Of a stretch of DNA of 64,000 bases, positions 16,239 to 25,582 are shown in pieces (position 1 is the stretch's first letter; every line of letters starts with the position of its first letter). The notes below the pieces were generated by a model. That model ran no database searches. It saw only the letters and a list, made by a program, of their open reading frames with translations, and had not been told where the DNA came from. The stretch spans positions 93 to 64,092 of the forward strand of contig DFZN01000044.1 of the NCBI GenBank assembly GCA_002382735.1, given 5' to 3'. The stretch is from a bacterium UBP11_UBA4055. GTDB taxonomy: Bacteria > UBA4055. The position numbers and the translations under genes are program-made.

Positions 16239-16664
16239 CTAAAAGACACTCTTTCTATTTTTTTCCCCGAATGGATTAATAAAATCCCAAGTGATGTACC
16301 ATTTTTTGTTTTTCTGATCAAATCCTTCAGTTTTTGTACTCATTATGTTATCAAAATACTTCCGATCGAATTTTTTACTATAATAGCTTGAGTAAACCAT
16401 ATCTGTCTCAACTACAATTTTTTCACCATGGATTTTGAATACTGCATATATTCTTTTCTCCGGATAATCCTCATCCCATACTTTCCACCATGTCTTTTTA
16501 TTAAGTTCTTTGCCTGTATAGAATATTACTGTTCCCTCATACGAATTATTGAATCCGTAAAGTGATGCAACATTATTTATTTTACAATTAACTCTCGCTT
16601 CAGCAAAAAGACTTAGAGCGAAAACAAGCAGTGTTAGTAACACTACTCTAAGATTAGTTTTCAT
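16239..16664 (-). CDS. Hypothetical secreted protein (signal peptide)
   Basis: N-terminal MKTNLRVVLLTLLVFALSLFAEA signal peptide. 141 aa. Confidence 0.4.
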   Translation of the reverse strand: MKTNLRVVLLTLLVFALSLFAEARVNCKINNVASLYGFNNSYEGTVIFYTGKELNKKTWWKVWDEDYPEKRIYAVFKIHGEKIVVETDMVYSSYYSKKFDRKYFDNIMSTKTEGFDQKNKKWYITWDFINPFGEKNRKSVF

Positions 16665-17364
16665 GATTCTCTCCCATATTTTCTTCTTCTTTTTCTTTTC
16701 CCTTGATTATCCCGAAAAATTCAATTCCGCTGTAATTTAAGCAATATTTCATAATATTCTGCGCACCTAAGGCACCGCCGATTTTTTTGACTGATTCAGG
16801 CATAGATTTAGAAAATATCTCGATCAATCCCGAATTCAAAAGAACCATAGCGTCACTGACCGGGCACTCAACAAAGCCGTCCTCATCAACAATTTCCGCC
16901 GATTTGCCGATCCGAACCAGATCATTAAGGTAAGAATTATTAACCACCTGCGAATATCTGCAAAACGAATCATAACCGATCTTACCGTCAATAAAAGCCG
17001 CGAACAGCCTCGCAACGATCTTGGCCTTCTCGACATCATCCATACGAATAAGTAACTCGATCAGCTTGTCCCCAACCTTAGCCTCAAACTTCGCATCAGC
17101 CTTCATCCGCGACTTGAATTCAGCCTTTTCAGCCTCAGAAAAAGAATAAAATTCCTTAAGGAACCTCAACAGCTTCAAAATAAAATAACTGTCATTAATA
17201 CTGTGCCCGATCGAATAACAGCTCCGAAGCCAATTCACGACAGGAATTTTATCTACAATATCACTCTTAGCCACAGCCTCAAGAGTAATTTCCCCCATAT
17301 CCGAAAGAATCTCTTTGCCACCGCTTGAGAGAATTGATTTTATGAGTGGATTAGATTTTTTCAT
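16654..17364 (-). CDS. Hypothetical protein (236 aa)
   Basis: Intact ORF overlapping the downstream gene by 11 bp. No motif recognised. Confidence 0.4.
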   Translation of the reverse strand: MKKSNPLIKSILSSGGKEILSDMGEITLEAVAKSDIVDKIPVVNWLRSCYSIGHSINDSYFILKLLRFLKEFYSFSEAEKAEFKSRMKADAKFEAKVGDKLIELLIRMDDVEKAKIVARLFAAFIDGKIGYDSFCRYSQVVNNSYLNDLVRIGKSAEIVDEDGFVECPVSDAMVLLNSGLIEIFSKSMPESVKKIGGALGAQNIMKYCLNYSGIEFFGIIKGKEKEEENMGENHEN

Positions 17365-17545
17365 TACTCGACCCCCAAGATAAACTTCCGTTTCATATTC
17401 ATCATTTTTCTATCTCAGCTTCACTAAGTGAAAGTTTCGAATCCTCGTTTGTGCCGTTTGTTTAAAGAATCGTACCGTTTTTTATAAGCCGTACGGAAAC
17501 GATCATAGCTGAGTTTAAGAATAAAAGTACATATTTATTTTCTAA

Positions 17546-18085
17546 TCAATTTACTTTGACTTCGATAATTTCCAGCAAGTTATTTCTAGTCCTTACCCAC
17601 CAAACATCTTCATCAATACTAATAAGATCGAGTGCTTTTAATAATACCGGAATAGCACCTTTTTTATCGCCTATTTTCAATAGACACTCGCCCTGCATCG
17701 CAAGCGCAATATTACGCTTTTTCTTGTAGTCGTTAGCAAGAGTTTCCAGTGGTATTAATGGTTTAAGCTTGAGATAAGAAAAGGATTTCTTCTCGTCGTA
17801 ACTTGCGCCGTAATACGGATCAAGATTAGCTGAAATTAAATTAGCTAGCCAGTTTGCTTTTTTCGAATACTCAATTAACACTGGTAACGCTGCTTTATAA
17901 TCACCAGCATTAAAAAGCTCTTTGACTTTCACTTCCATGGCGTCGACTTCAGGCTGAGTTATCAAGCCTAATTCGTTCACTTTGGATGTTGAAGCAGATA
18001 AATCAAAAGGATCGACAATTTTTGATTCCTGTGCAATAATGACTGTCATTAAAAGTAACAAGCCCAACATAAGAAAATTTTTCAT
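17546..18085 (-). CDS. Hypothetical secreted/lipoprotein with TPR-like helical repeats
   Basis: Signal peptide MKNFLMLGLLLLMTVIIAQ. Helical segments resembling TPR (AGDYKAALPVLIEYSKKANW...GECLLKIGDKKGAIPVLLKAL). Confidence 0.4.
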   Translation of the reverse strand: MKNFLMLGLLLLMTVIIAQESKIVDPFDLSASTSKVNELGLITQPEVDAMEVKVKELFNAGDYKAALPVLIEYSKKANWLANLISANLDPYYGASYDEKKSFSYLKLKPLIPLETLANDYKKKRNIALAMQGECLLKIGDKKGAIPVLLKALDLISIDEDVWWVRTRNNLLEIIEVKVN

Positions 18086-18221
18086 AACATCTCCCTCTTT
18101 GTTTTGAATACTGACAGATTTTGTTTTGTTTCTTAATCATGAGTTCTAATTTATCCTAAATATCATTTAAAATCAAGAGTAATTTCAGCAAAAGTCTTTG
18201 GATATGACTAATCCATCCCTT

Positions 18222-18776
18222 TTAAGCAGAGCCTGTTTCTTTAAAAAGTTTTTCAATGTAATCGCAATATAGCTGATTGATTTCATCAATTATTGCATCT
18301 TCGGTCGATTTGTCAATGCCTGACTTTTTGAGTGAAATTATTTTTTTATTATAGATTCTGTTCAGTTCCCTTAAATCGCCGGAGAGATTCTTGTAAGTAT
18401 TTCTAATCTTGATTCTGGTTATCTGCAAACCTGTCGAAACATCTTTAGGCTGATTATTTTCAATTAATTTTTTGTGGGTCTGCCTGATCTCAATTACTTT
18501 TTTCTCGGAATGTTTTTTATATTCTCCCGTCTTGCCTTTACTTTCAATTATTGTTTCAGCGAGTGCAGCCGTAATATTATCCTCAGAGCTTAAACCTTTC
18601 CTTTTAATACTGCTTTTTATTTTGAACTTATCCAGTGCATCTTTTACTGTCAAACCCGCATCATTGAACTCTATTGCAGATTTTTTATTAAGATCAACTC
18701 CCAATACTTTTTTGAAAGCTGTTACATACATCTCATAATATAAGTCTCTTATCTCTTTGTCTGCAATAATTTCCAT
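18222..18776 (-). CDS. Hypothetical protein (184 aa)
   Basis: ORF, last gene of the 21107-18222 same-strand cluster. Confidence 0.35.
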   Translation of the reverse strand: MEIIADKEIRDLYYEMYVTAFKKVLGVDLNKKSAIEFNDAGLTVKDALDKFKIKSSIKRKGLSSEDNITAALAETIIESKGKTGEYKKHSEKKVIEIRQTHKKLIENNQPKDVSTGLQITRIKIRNTYKNLSGDLRELNRIYNKKIISLKKSGIDKSTEDAIIDEINQLYCDYIEKLFKETGSA

Positions 18777-18878
18777 AGCTACTTGATATTCTTTTTAATT
18801 ATCATATCTATCTGATTCTCAAAGTCAGTGAGCAGTGAGTTTTTTCTTTTTCGCTTAAACATTCTTAGTATAAATTCT

Positions 18879-19661
18879 CTAATTGCCCTGAACGCCATAT
18901 AGTCCCCTGTCGATCGTATAAATGAATATTTTGTTCAATTTACTAATTATTTCATTTTTATTGGAAACTGAATTCATGTACTGAAATTGGACCACAAGAT
19001 CAGGAGTCGTTTTGAATTTGTTCTCGATTTCTTTTAATGTTAATGATTGACTGCCGGGGTTATCTGATTTTACAGTAAACCTGTTATTGCCGGTTGCTAA
19101 AATATAGATATCTTTTATTTCTCCCCGGTTTGAAAGATAAAAATCTTTCTCAAGATTTTTAACCGATACTGATAGATCAGAAACACTTAGTAAATTGGAT
19201 AGATAAGGAGTGTAAGAAACATATTGATATGTAGCAGTATGAGCACAACTGTGTTTTTCTGCAAGACTTATATTTTTGCTTAATTTTCGTTTGAGCTCAT
19301 TATAATCATAGACCTTCTTCTCTTCCATGATTAAGTACTGATCTCTTCCGATAATAACACAGTGAAACAAAAAATTATTGTTTATATAATCGCTGATCAA
19401 TTCGGAAATTCCAAGATCTGAACTCAATTGTTTACATGTAGGTTTTTGCCTTGATCTATTTTTTAACTCAGCTAACTTTGAATTTATCTCATTCAGTTGC
19501 TTTTCTTTAGATGCGAGCTCCCCTTGTGTTTTTTCTAATTCACCCTCTAACTGTTCTATATTTGAGTATTCGTAGTAAAAAAATGTCATGAAAATAAATA
19601 AAAGAAGGAATGCTATTTCCCCGAAAGATATCGAAATAATACCGTCTAAATCATTTTTCAT
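18879..19661 (-). CDS. Single-pass membrane protein with coiled-coil segment (260 aa)
   Basis: N-terminal GIISISFGEIAFLLLFIFMTFFYY TM helix (loosely ExbD/MotB-plug-like) followed by EQLEGELEKTQGELASKEKQLNEINSKLAELKN coiled coil. Confidence 0.4.
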   Translation of the reverse strand: MKNDLDGIISISFGEIAFLLLFIFMTFFYYEYSNIEQLEGELEKTQGELASKEKQLNEINSKLAELKNRSRQKPTCKQLSSDLGISELISDYINNNFLFHCVIIGRDQYLIMEEKKVYDYNELKRKLSKNISLAEKHSCAHTATYQYVSYTPYLSNLLSVSDLSVSVKNLEKDFYLSNRGEIKDIYILATGNNRFTVKSDNPGSQSLTLKEIENKFKTTPDLVVQFQYMNSVSNKNEIISKLNKIFIYTIDRGLYGVQGN

Positions 19662-19664
19662 GTA

Positions 19665-20588
19665 TTATCTGAGCTCGATTATTTTGTTTTTTGTCAACTT
19701 GACAAATTCGTTTAGTATTTGATTCAGCTGCTCAATATTTTTCAGCAGAGAATCGCTGGTATTTGTCATTGTATCTTTTATGTCAGTATTTTCTGTTTTA
19801 AACACAGAAATCTGATTAGCAAGGCTGCCGGTCTCATCTATTAAACTGCGTACTGCGGAGTTGTAATCTTTAATCAAAGCCAAGCTGTTAGATGTACTAC
19901 CTGATAGAGATTCGTCGTTAGATTTTATTTTTGTTATAAGGCCTGCTATATCATCAGTAAGTTTTTCGGACTTAGTCTTAAATTCTGTGAATATCGGGGG
20001 CATTTCTTCAAATATTGAATTTATTGAGTTTCTTGTGTCGTATAAAGATTTCAAGTAGCTTTGTGATGCGGCTTCTTCCTCTTCGAACATAGATTTCCTG
20101 CTGGCAGTAAAATCTTCAAGCAATCTCAGTAATTCCTGTTGTTTAATGTGGTATTCGGAAGCATTCATTCTCAGTTCAGTTTGAAGTCTTTTATAAAAAT
20201 CTTCCTCTTGAGCATCTGATAATGAGAGGGCACATAATACATGGCGCAATACAAGACCGGCTATAGTAGTTGTTAAAGCTACGCCTATCTGTACGGTCAT
20301 TTGGGTCAAGTCGAAATTTAGTGGATCAATTTTAAAAAAAACGACAAACAACGAAGACAATGTGAAAAGAAATCCCAGAAAATATGTCGAGTTAATTGTA
20401 GTGGAGCTGTGAATTATCTCATATTTCCATGAACTGATTAAAAGAATTAAACCGTAGAAAAGCACCACTATGATCGGTGTCCACGGTAGGTAAATATCCA
20501 TGTATATAAGTACAAAACCGCCAACAAATGAAATCAGAAAAGCACTTAAAGCTCTTGTTGCTGAAAGATTCAGGAAAAAACTCGACAT
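19665..20588 (-). CDS. Polytopic membrane protein (about 4 TM) with long cytoplasmic coiled-coil tail (307 aa)
   Basis: Four hydrophobic helices in the first ~125 aa, then about 180 aa of heptad-like sequence. 3-bp gap to the downstream gene. Confidence 0.45.
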   Translation of the reverse strand: MSSFFLNLSATRALSAFLISFVGGFVLIYMDIYLPWTPIIVVLFYGLILLISSWKYEIIHSSTTINSTYFLGFLFTLSSLFVVFFKIDPLNFDLTQMTVQIGVALTTTIAGLVLRHVLCALSLSDAQEEDFYKRLQTELRMNASEYHIKQQELLRLLEDFTASRKSMFEEEEAASQSYLKSLYDTRNSINSIFEEMPPIFTEFKTKSEKLTDDIAGLITKIKSNDESLSGSTSNSLALIKDYNSAVRSLIDETGSLANQISVFKTENTDIKDTMTNTSDSLLKNIEQLNQILNEFVKLTKNKIIELR

Positions 20589-20597
20589 TATTATCCC

Positions 20598-21107
20598 TTA
20601 GTTAGATATTTTTGCAAACAATTCCATCCACTTGTCCATCATCATCTCTAAAGTTTTCTTTTTCATAAAGTCAGGCACATCTTGTGACTCAATCTGCTTT
20701 AATAATTTGGCAGTTTCTTCGTTAAGAACCTGCACAGTAATACCTCTCGACTTAAGATTGCTGATACCCATTTCATTTAAGTCTTTTAAGTATTCCTCAG
20801 TCATTTGGTAGATGTACTTGTCTGCAAGCAGATCAATTTTCTTGTTATGAAGCTCGAGTTGCTTGGTAAGTGCATACTTAGTAGCCTCAATATGGGCACC
20901 CATTTTTTCTTTAAGAATCGTCAGAGCAGCATTCTGAGTGACTTTTTTCTCTTTCCATTGAGCGATCATAGATTTTGCGGCTGACCTCAATTCCATGGCA
21001 GTATCATCTGCACGAATAATTGTAGGTACAGTTGAATTCTCTTCACTTTCAGGATTATCGCTCTGTCTTTTGTCAACGAAATTCCAGTTGCCTTTTTCTT
21101 CTGTCAT
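20598..21107 (-). CDS. Hypothetical soluble protein (169 aa), first gene of the membrane cassette
   Basis: ORF 9 bp upstream of 19665..20588. Helical, charged. Confidence 0.4.
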   Translation of the reverse strand: MTEEKGNWNFVDKRQSDNPESEENSTVPTIIRADDTAMELRSAAKSMIAQWKEKKVTQNAALTILKEKMGAHIEATKYALTKQLELHNKKIDLLADKYIYQMTEEYLKDLNEMGISNLKSRGITVQVLNEETAKLLKQIESQDVPDFMKKKTLEMMMDKWMELFAKISN

Positions 21108-21269
21108 AACTCACTCCTGTTTTTAAATAAAATAATAGTTCGGTTTAATAATATATTCACTATCTCAAACCTGCATTTATCCTTTTCTCAATACTAAGAG
21201 TATTCGCAATCTAATTATAATTTATAAAGAATTTAAAATCAAGCTTATAATTATAATTTTTTATCATTT

Positions 21270-21700
21270 TGAAAATGAACAACCCCGAGGCAAGCCTCGA
21301 GGAATCTAAAAGAGTGTCGGTTGGCCTTTGAACACCTGAGCATATTTCTTATTTTCACCCTGACTCTCAACATATTTTTTTATTACCTCTTCATTTGCGT
21401 ATTGACTAACCGTATTTGCATAGTAGCCGCTCGTCCAAAAATTTCCACCCCATAGCTTTGATTTTATCTCAGGGTGCTTTTCGAACAGTTCTCTTGCTGT
21501 GATACTTTTCAAGACTCTCGTTATTTCCGATACATTCATTGATGGTACACTCTGAACCAAAAAATGAACATGATCTTCTTCGTACCCTATTTCAATCACT
21601 CATTCCTGTAATATACGCTTTTTCAAAGCGCTATGAAAACCTCAGGTTTTCAATCTTTCCTCTTGACCCCGAGGCAAGCCTCGAGGTATTCTCTTCGAAT
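21270..21700 (-). mobile_element. IS200/IS605-family insertion sequence remnant (truncated tnpA flanked by two subterminal hairpins)
   Basis: Identical palindromic motifs CCCCGAGGCAAGCCTCGAGG at 21283-21302 and 21667-21686 (stem CGAGGC/GCCTCG). They bracket a tnpA that lacks its N-terminus. Element is only about 430 bp. Confidence 0.6.
21306..21599 (-). pseudogene. tnpA: IS200-type Y1 (HuH) transposase TnpA, N-terminally truncated
   Basis: EEDHVHFLVQSVPSMNVSEITRVLKSITARELFEKHPEIKSKLWGGNFWTSGYYANTVSQY...EVIKKYVESQ matches the IS200 TnpA HuH motif through the C-terminus. About 50 N-terminal aa are missing and the frame opens with GTG right after a TGA. Confidence 0.65.
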
Positions 21701-21809
21701 AAAGTAAAGCAGCTGAAAGAACAAAATACCTTAATAATAGTGTCGTCTTGTTTTTATTCAATATATTATACTCTAAGCAGGTTCGATTTTATAGTACTAA
21801 TACTTGCAT

Positions 21810-22556
21810 TTACACTCCACCGTCACGCTTCCTGATGTGTTCTTTTGTAACCTCGGGAATTGTAGAATTGAATAGTTCTTCTAACTCTCGCGGTTTAGTA
21901 ATCATTTCTTCAGCTATAAAATTCAAAATCTGGAATAATTTTAAAGCTATTTCCTTGTTGTCGTCCAGATTTATTTCACCAGGGTGTACCGCATTATTAC
22001 CAACAACACGAACCAAATCTAAAGCTTGCTGAATCTTTGGACTCAAACCCTCAGATACTAGCTCTTTAATATCTTGATTAATATTCTTTCCACACTTACC
22101 GAGTTGAATAAGAAGCTTCTGAAGTGCGAGTCGTAATAATGCAGCTGCGCCTTTTGGGGAATCCGTAACTATAGATGAAGCTTCATTATACAAAGTGATT
22201 ATATCTACACTAAGATCCGGATTCGGTGTCTGGGTTAATCGACTTTTTGGAAATACAAGCTGTTTATCAAACCAAAGTGATGGTTCACCACAATGAAAGC
22301 ATGTTGAGACTGCAATCTTTTGTGGTATATATCCTTGAAAGGTAGAAATGAATTGAGTGCCAACACTTTCCAAAAAATCATGTATTGGCCTTTGCTCATA
22401 ATCGGCAATACTCGATCTGTAGTCCATGTAAAAATGATTGATTATCCCGAGCGCAATACTTGCGCCTCCGTCATCATCAAACCAATCCTGCTGTGCAGTA
22501 ACACCACAATAAGGGCACTTTAGGCTTTTTGCCTTGAAATTCTTAGAATCCGCCAT
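21810..22556 (-). CDS. DUF4145 domain protein with N-terminal Cys-rich region
   Basis: C-terminal AAALLRLALQKLLIQLG...ALDLVRVVGNNAVHPGE is the DUF4145 signature (ends ...R.xGNxxAH). N-terminal CPYCG...CFHCG. Confidence 0.55.
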   Translation of the reverse strand: MADSKNFKAKSLKCPYCGVTAQQDWFDDDGGASIALGIINHFYMDYRSSIADYEQRPIHDFLESVGTQFISTFQGYIPQKIAVSTCFHCGEPSLWFDKQLVFPKSRLTQTPNPDLSVDIITLYNEASSIVTDSPKGAAALLRLALQKLLIQLGKCGKNINQDIKELVSEGLSPKIQQALDLVRVVGNNAVHPGEINLDDNKEIALKLFQILNFIAEEMITKPRELEELFNSTIPEVTKEHIRKRDGGV

Positions 22557-22746
22557 TCGTTACCTCTTTTTCTGTTTATTTGACATGGGTTTGAATGTAT
22601 ATTAAATAGGAATTCTTCGAATCACGATAATTAAGCAGACGGTTTCTCTTACTCAGGTCAAGCAGTTTACTCTTCCATGCTTCCAGCTTAACATCAATAT
22701 TCACCATTCAAAGATTCCTCTCAATTTAAATAAATCAAGTGATTTG

Positions 22747-24225
22747 TTAGACAACCGCATCAGACGCTCGGGCATTAAACGCTAATTCAAGCTTTTCTTT
22801 AAGATAGGATTTTAAGCAAAATACTTCAATTTTATGAGCTTTTTTCGGATTGTCTAAGAAATAGTGCGTATAATCACCTTCTGAATCAGGCGAAATAATC
22901 TGCATTTTACGCTCTTCGTTGTTAATGTCTTTTAAAACATCATCGTGCTTAATGTCTGTATCCCAACATACAACACTATGCAGATTTTCAAAAGAATGAT
23001 TGAATCCTTTGCTCAGTGTCCTTTTAAATTCTACATAAAAAAGCTTGGCACTTGAGATCGGTGTGTTTTTATCTCCTTTTGCTATTACATCAATTCCGTC
23101 ATGCGTATCGTAATCAATGATATAAAATGGAAAAAGTGTTTCGTGAATTTGTGACAAAATCAAAAAAATTGAAAAGACGCCGCTTTCTCTTTCAGGCTCA
23201 ACTAGTGTAATTCCTTTATATTCTGCAATATTAGCCCTGTTGATTTTGTTTATTCGCCATTCAAAATTTTTCTTTTCCTTTTCTGTTGTTTGGTAAGCGT
23301 ATGCTTCATCTTCGAGCCATTCCATTGCTGTCCATTCATCACTTTTTACTATGTTGTCATAAATTTTTCTGACTTCATCTTTCAAGTCCTGAAGTATTTC
23401 TGAAGGTGTGTTATCAATTGAGCCTCTATTTGCTGTTAGGCGCAAATCTTGACAATTAACAAAAGCGTGAAATTTTGTGTATTCCGAACCTTTAAAGGTG
23501 ATCCACTCATTTTTCCGTTGAATTGGCATATAATCTTTACAGAGCCACAATCCATATCTTTCTTGTATTGTATAGGCCCCTTCAGGTGCGCAGTAACCCG
23601 GCCGTCTTATCATTGTATTATAGTCGTATTTTGCATATCTGCCTTCAAGTCCGAAAATAGCCTGAAATTTTATTTCAGGATAATTTTTTAATGTACCATT
23701 CTTTATGACTTTTTTTGAATAATAATCTGGTGCCTTGACTAAATAATCGTCAAGAAGTTTATTTATGTTTTTGCTGTCTTCAGGGAAGTAGTGGCCTTGT
23801 ATAATTTCCTCGTATTCATTCTGGTCAAGTCCTTGCAAATACAGTTTGGTTCTATTTCTGAATTCTGTAAATTGATTTTCAATGGATCCATGCTTTGTAA
23901 ACCAAATTATATAATCCTTTAAAATCGGATGAGTAAACTTATCACGGCGGTTATTATTGTATCCGAAAATCGTGATTTCTGTACCTTTATCAATGTTGGT
24001 TGCAGGCGTTACCTCAACCTTTGGTATTTCACGATTAAATAATTTTCTGAAAGGTTCTTCCACTATGGCAATTAAACCTTCAGTTCCCGTTGATGTTTTT
24101 ACTTCGATTTTTCTACTATTGAAATAAACTTTAGTGCCATGACCTTTCTCTCCGATGGCACTATCATCGCCTCTTCTAGTTGAATTTCCTAAATCAAAAA
24201 AACTCTGGAGTTGATCAGAATCCAT
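22747..24225 (-). CDS. GHKL (histidine-kinase/HSP90-like) ATPase-domain protein; N-terminal part probably continues to about 24421 through a frameshift
   Basis: DNGDGMD (G1 box) immediately precedes the annotated Met, GEKGHGTK (G2 box) follows. Upstream in the -1 frame LVREAISNAYDA is the N box, with MEPYTITPKVDETQEFIEIANDF in a third frame from ATG 24421. A TAG interrupts at about 24343. Confidence 0.55.
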   Translation of the reverse strand: MDSDQLQSFFDLGNSTRRGDDSAIGEKGHGTKVYFNSRKIEVKTSTGTEGLIAIVEEPFRKLFNREIPKVEVTPATNIDKGTEITIFGYNNNRRDKFTHPILKDYIIWFTKHGSIENQFTEFRNRTKLYLQGLDQNEYEEIIQGHYFPEDSKNINKLLDDYLVKAPDYYSKKVIKNGTLKNYPEIKFQAIFGLEGRYAKYDYNTMIRRPGYCAPEGAYTIQERYGLWLCKDYMPIQRKNEWITFKGSEYTKFHAFVNCQDLRLTANRGSIDNTPSEILQDLKDEVRKIYDNIVKSDEWTAMEWLEDEAYAYQTTEKEKKNFEWRINKINRANIAEYKGITLVEPERESGVFSIFLILSQIHETLFPFYIIDYDTHDGIDVIAKGDKNTPISSAKLFYVEFKRTLSKGFNHSFENLHSVVCWDTDIKHDDVLKDINNEERKMQIISPDSEGDYTHYFLDNPKKAHKIEVFCLKSYLKEKLELAFNARASDAVV

Positions 24226-24525
24226 ACCATCACCATTGTCCTTAAGAACAATTTTCAGAACTGATTCACCATAATGTTTAACAACTTCAAATGAAATATT
24301 AATCTCGCTACATTTTGCATCATAAGCATTACTTATAGCTTCCCTGACAAGGTCTAAAGATTTGAAAAGTCGTTTGCTATCTCAATAAATTCCTGAGTTT
24401 CATCTACCTTTGGTGTAATTGTGTATGGTTCCATTTCTTCCCCTACTGTTTATTTTTTTTCGATTTTCTCATTGGTTTGAATTTACTTGAAATCATCTCC
24501 CAAATCAAGAGTAATTTCGATGAAA

Positions 24526-25578
24526 TCACACATCAAAAGCAAGGCTTCTCCAAAATTCATTAAAGAAATCTTTACAAGTTACAGTTGGAAGACTAAGACT
24601 TACATAGCTATCATGAATATCGAAATATTCAGAAAGCTCATTTTTAATTACGCTTTGGTCTTGTAAAGAAATATTGTATGTCGTGCCATAGCATTCAGGA
24701 TTGATTCCACCACTCGTTGTAATATACGGTTTTATCAATTCCATGTTTATTTTATGATAAGCGAAGCCCAAGAAAACTAGTTTGTTGGCCAATCCGGTCT
24801 TTTCTCTGATTTCTTTTATATCGCTTGACTCAGGATCTACACCCTCGGTGAATGTTTTAATCCTTTTGGATAATTCTAAAAGTTTATCCGGTGCAGGATT
24901 TCCTCCGTAGCCAAGATTTTCTCCAGCTCTGTTTAGCAACAATCCTACATCTCCGTAAGGGTGATAAATTTCTAATTGTTCCAGAATTTCATAAGTCTCC
25001 AAAACATTCACATCGTAGTACTGCTGTAATGCGTAATAAAGAAATTGTTCAACGCATCTATCATAGTTGAAAATCACTAGGGTTACATTTTTAAATCTAT
25101 CTTTCAAATCTTCCTTAGTACAATTTTCGGTCAGTAGTTTAAAAAAAGGTAGATACCATGTATTTTTTAACTTTTTAAAATCAAGCCCATTCCCTCTTGA
25201 ATTGTAATTGGCAAGCAAGCTTTTACCTTCTGATTCTAAAATCGCCTTTACTATTGCCAGTTTACTGCATAATTCGATCTCCTCATTACCTCTTTGAGAA
25301 TCTATATAATTGTCAATTGATATAGCTAAAGTTAATGCTTTTGATATCCTTCTTGATTCTTTAAGGTAATTGTTGTAAGCAGAATTATCACGGCCAATAT
25401 TTTTAGTATGTATCTTCAATGCTTCTGAAATATTGAAATCACCACTTTCTAGTCTGAATCCTCCTTCATATCTTATATCAAGTAATCGAGAAATATTCTC
25501 TTTAAGCTCTTCACCTACAGGCATGTTTACTTCTTTACTTGCACCAGCCCCAATAACGAAAACTATTCTTTTAGTCAT
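24526..25578 (-). CDS. SIR2-family (defence-type NADase-like) protein
   Basis: VFVIGAGASKE Rossmann start, TLVIFNYDRCVEQ (conserved TTNYDxLxE motif of ThsA/DSR-type SIR2), IYHPYGD. 350 aa, no extra C-terminal domain recognisable. Confidence 0.65.
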   Translation of the reverse strand: MTKRIVFVIGAGASKEVNMPVGEELKENISRLLDIRYEGGFRLESGDFNISEALKIHTKNIGRDNSAYNNYLKESRRISKALTLAISIDNYIDSQRGNEEIELCSKLAIVKAILESEGKSLLANYNSRGNGLDFKKLKNTWYLPFFKLLTENCTKEDLKDRFKNVTLVIFNYDRCVEQFLYYALQQYYDVNVLETYEILEQLEIYHPYGDVGLLLNRAGENLGYGGNPAPDKLLELSKRIKTFTEGVDPESSDIKEIREKTGLANKLVFLGFAYHKINMELIKPYITTSGGINPECYGTTYNISLQDQSVIKNELSEYFDIHDSYVSLSLPTVTCKDFFNEFWRSLAFDV

Positions 25579-25582
25579 ACTT

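Noticed and set aside
16836-17039. 67-aa ORF (MMSRRPRSLRGC...) nested in 16654..17364
   Set aside because: Same strand, different frame of a longer ORF. Arg-rich shadow translation.
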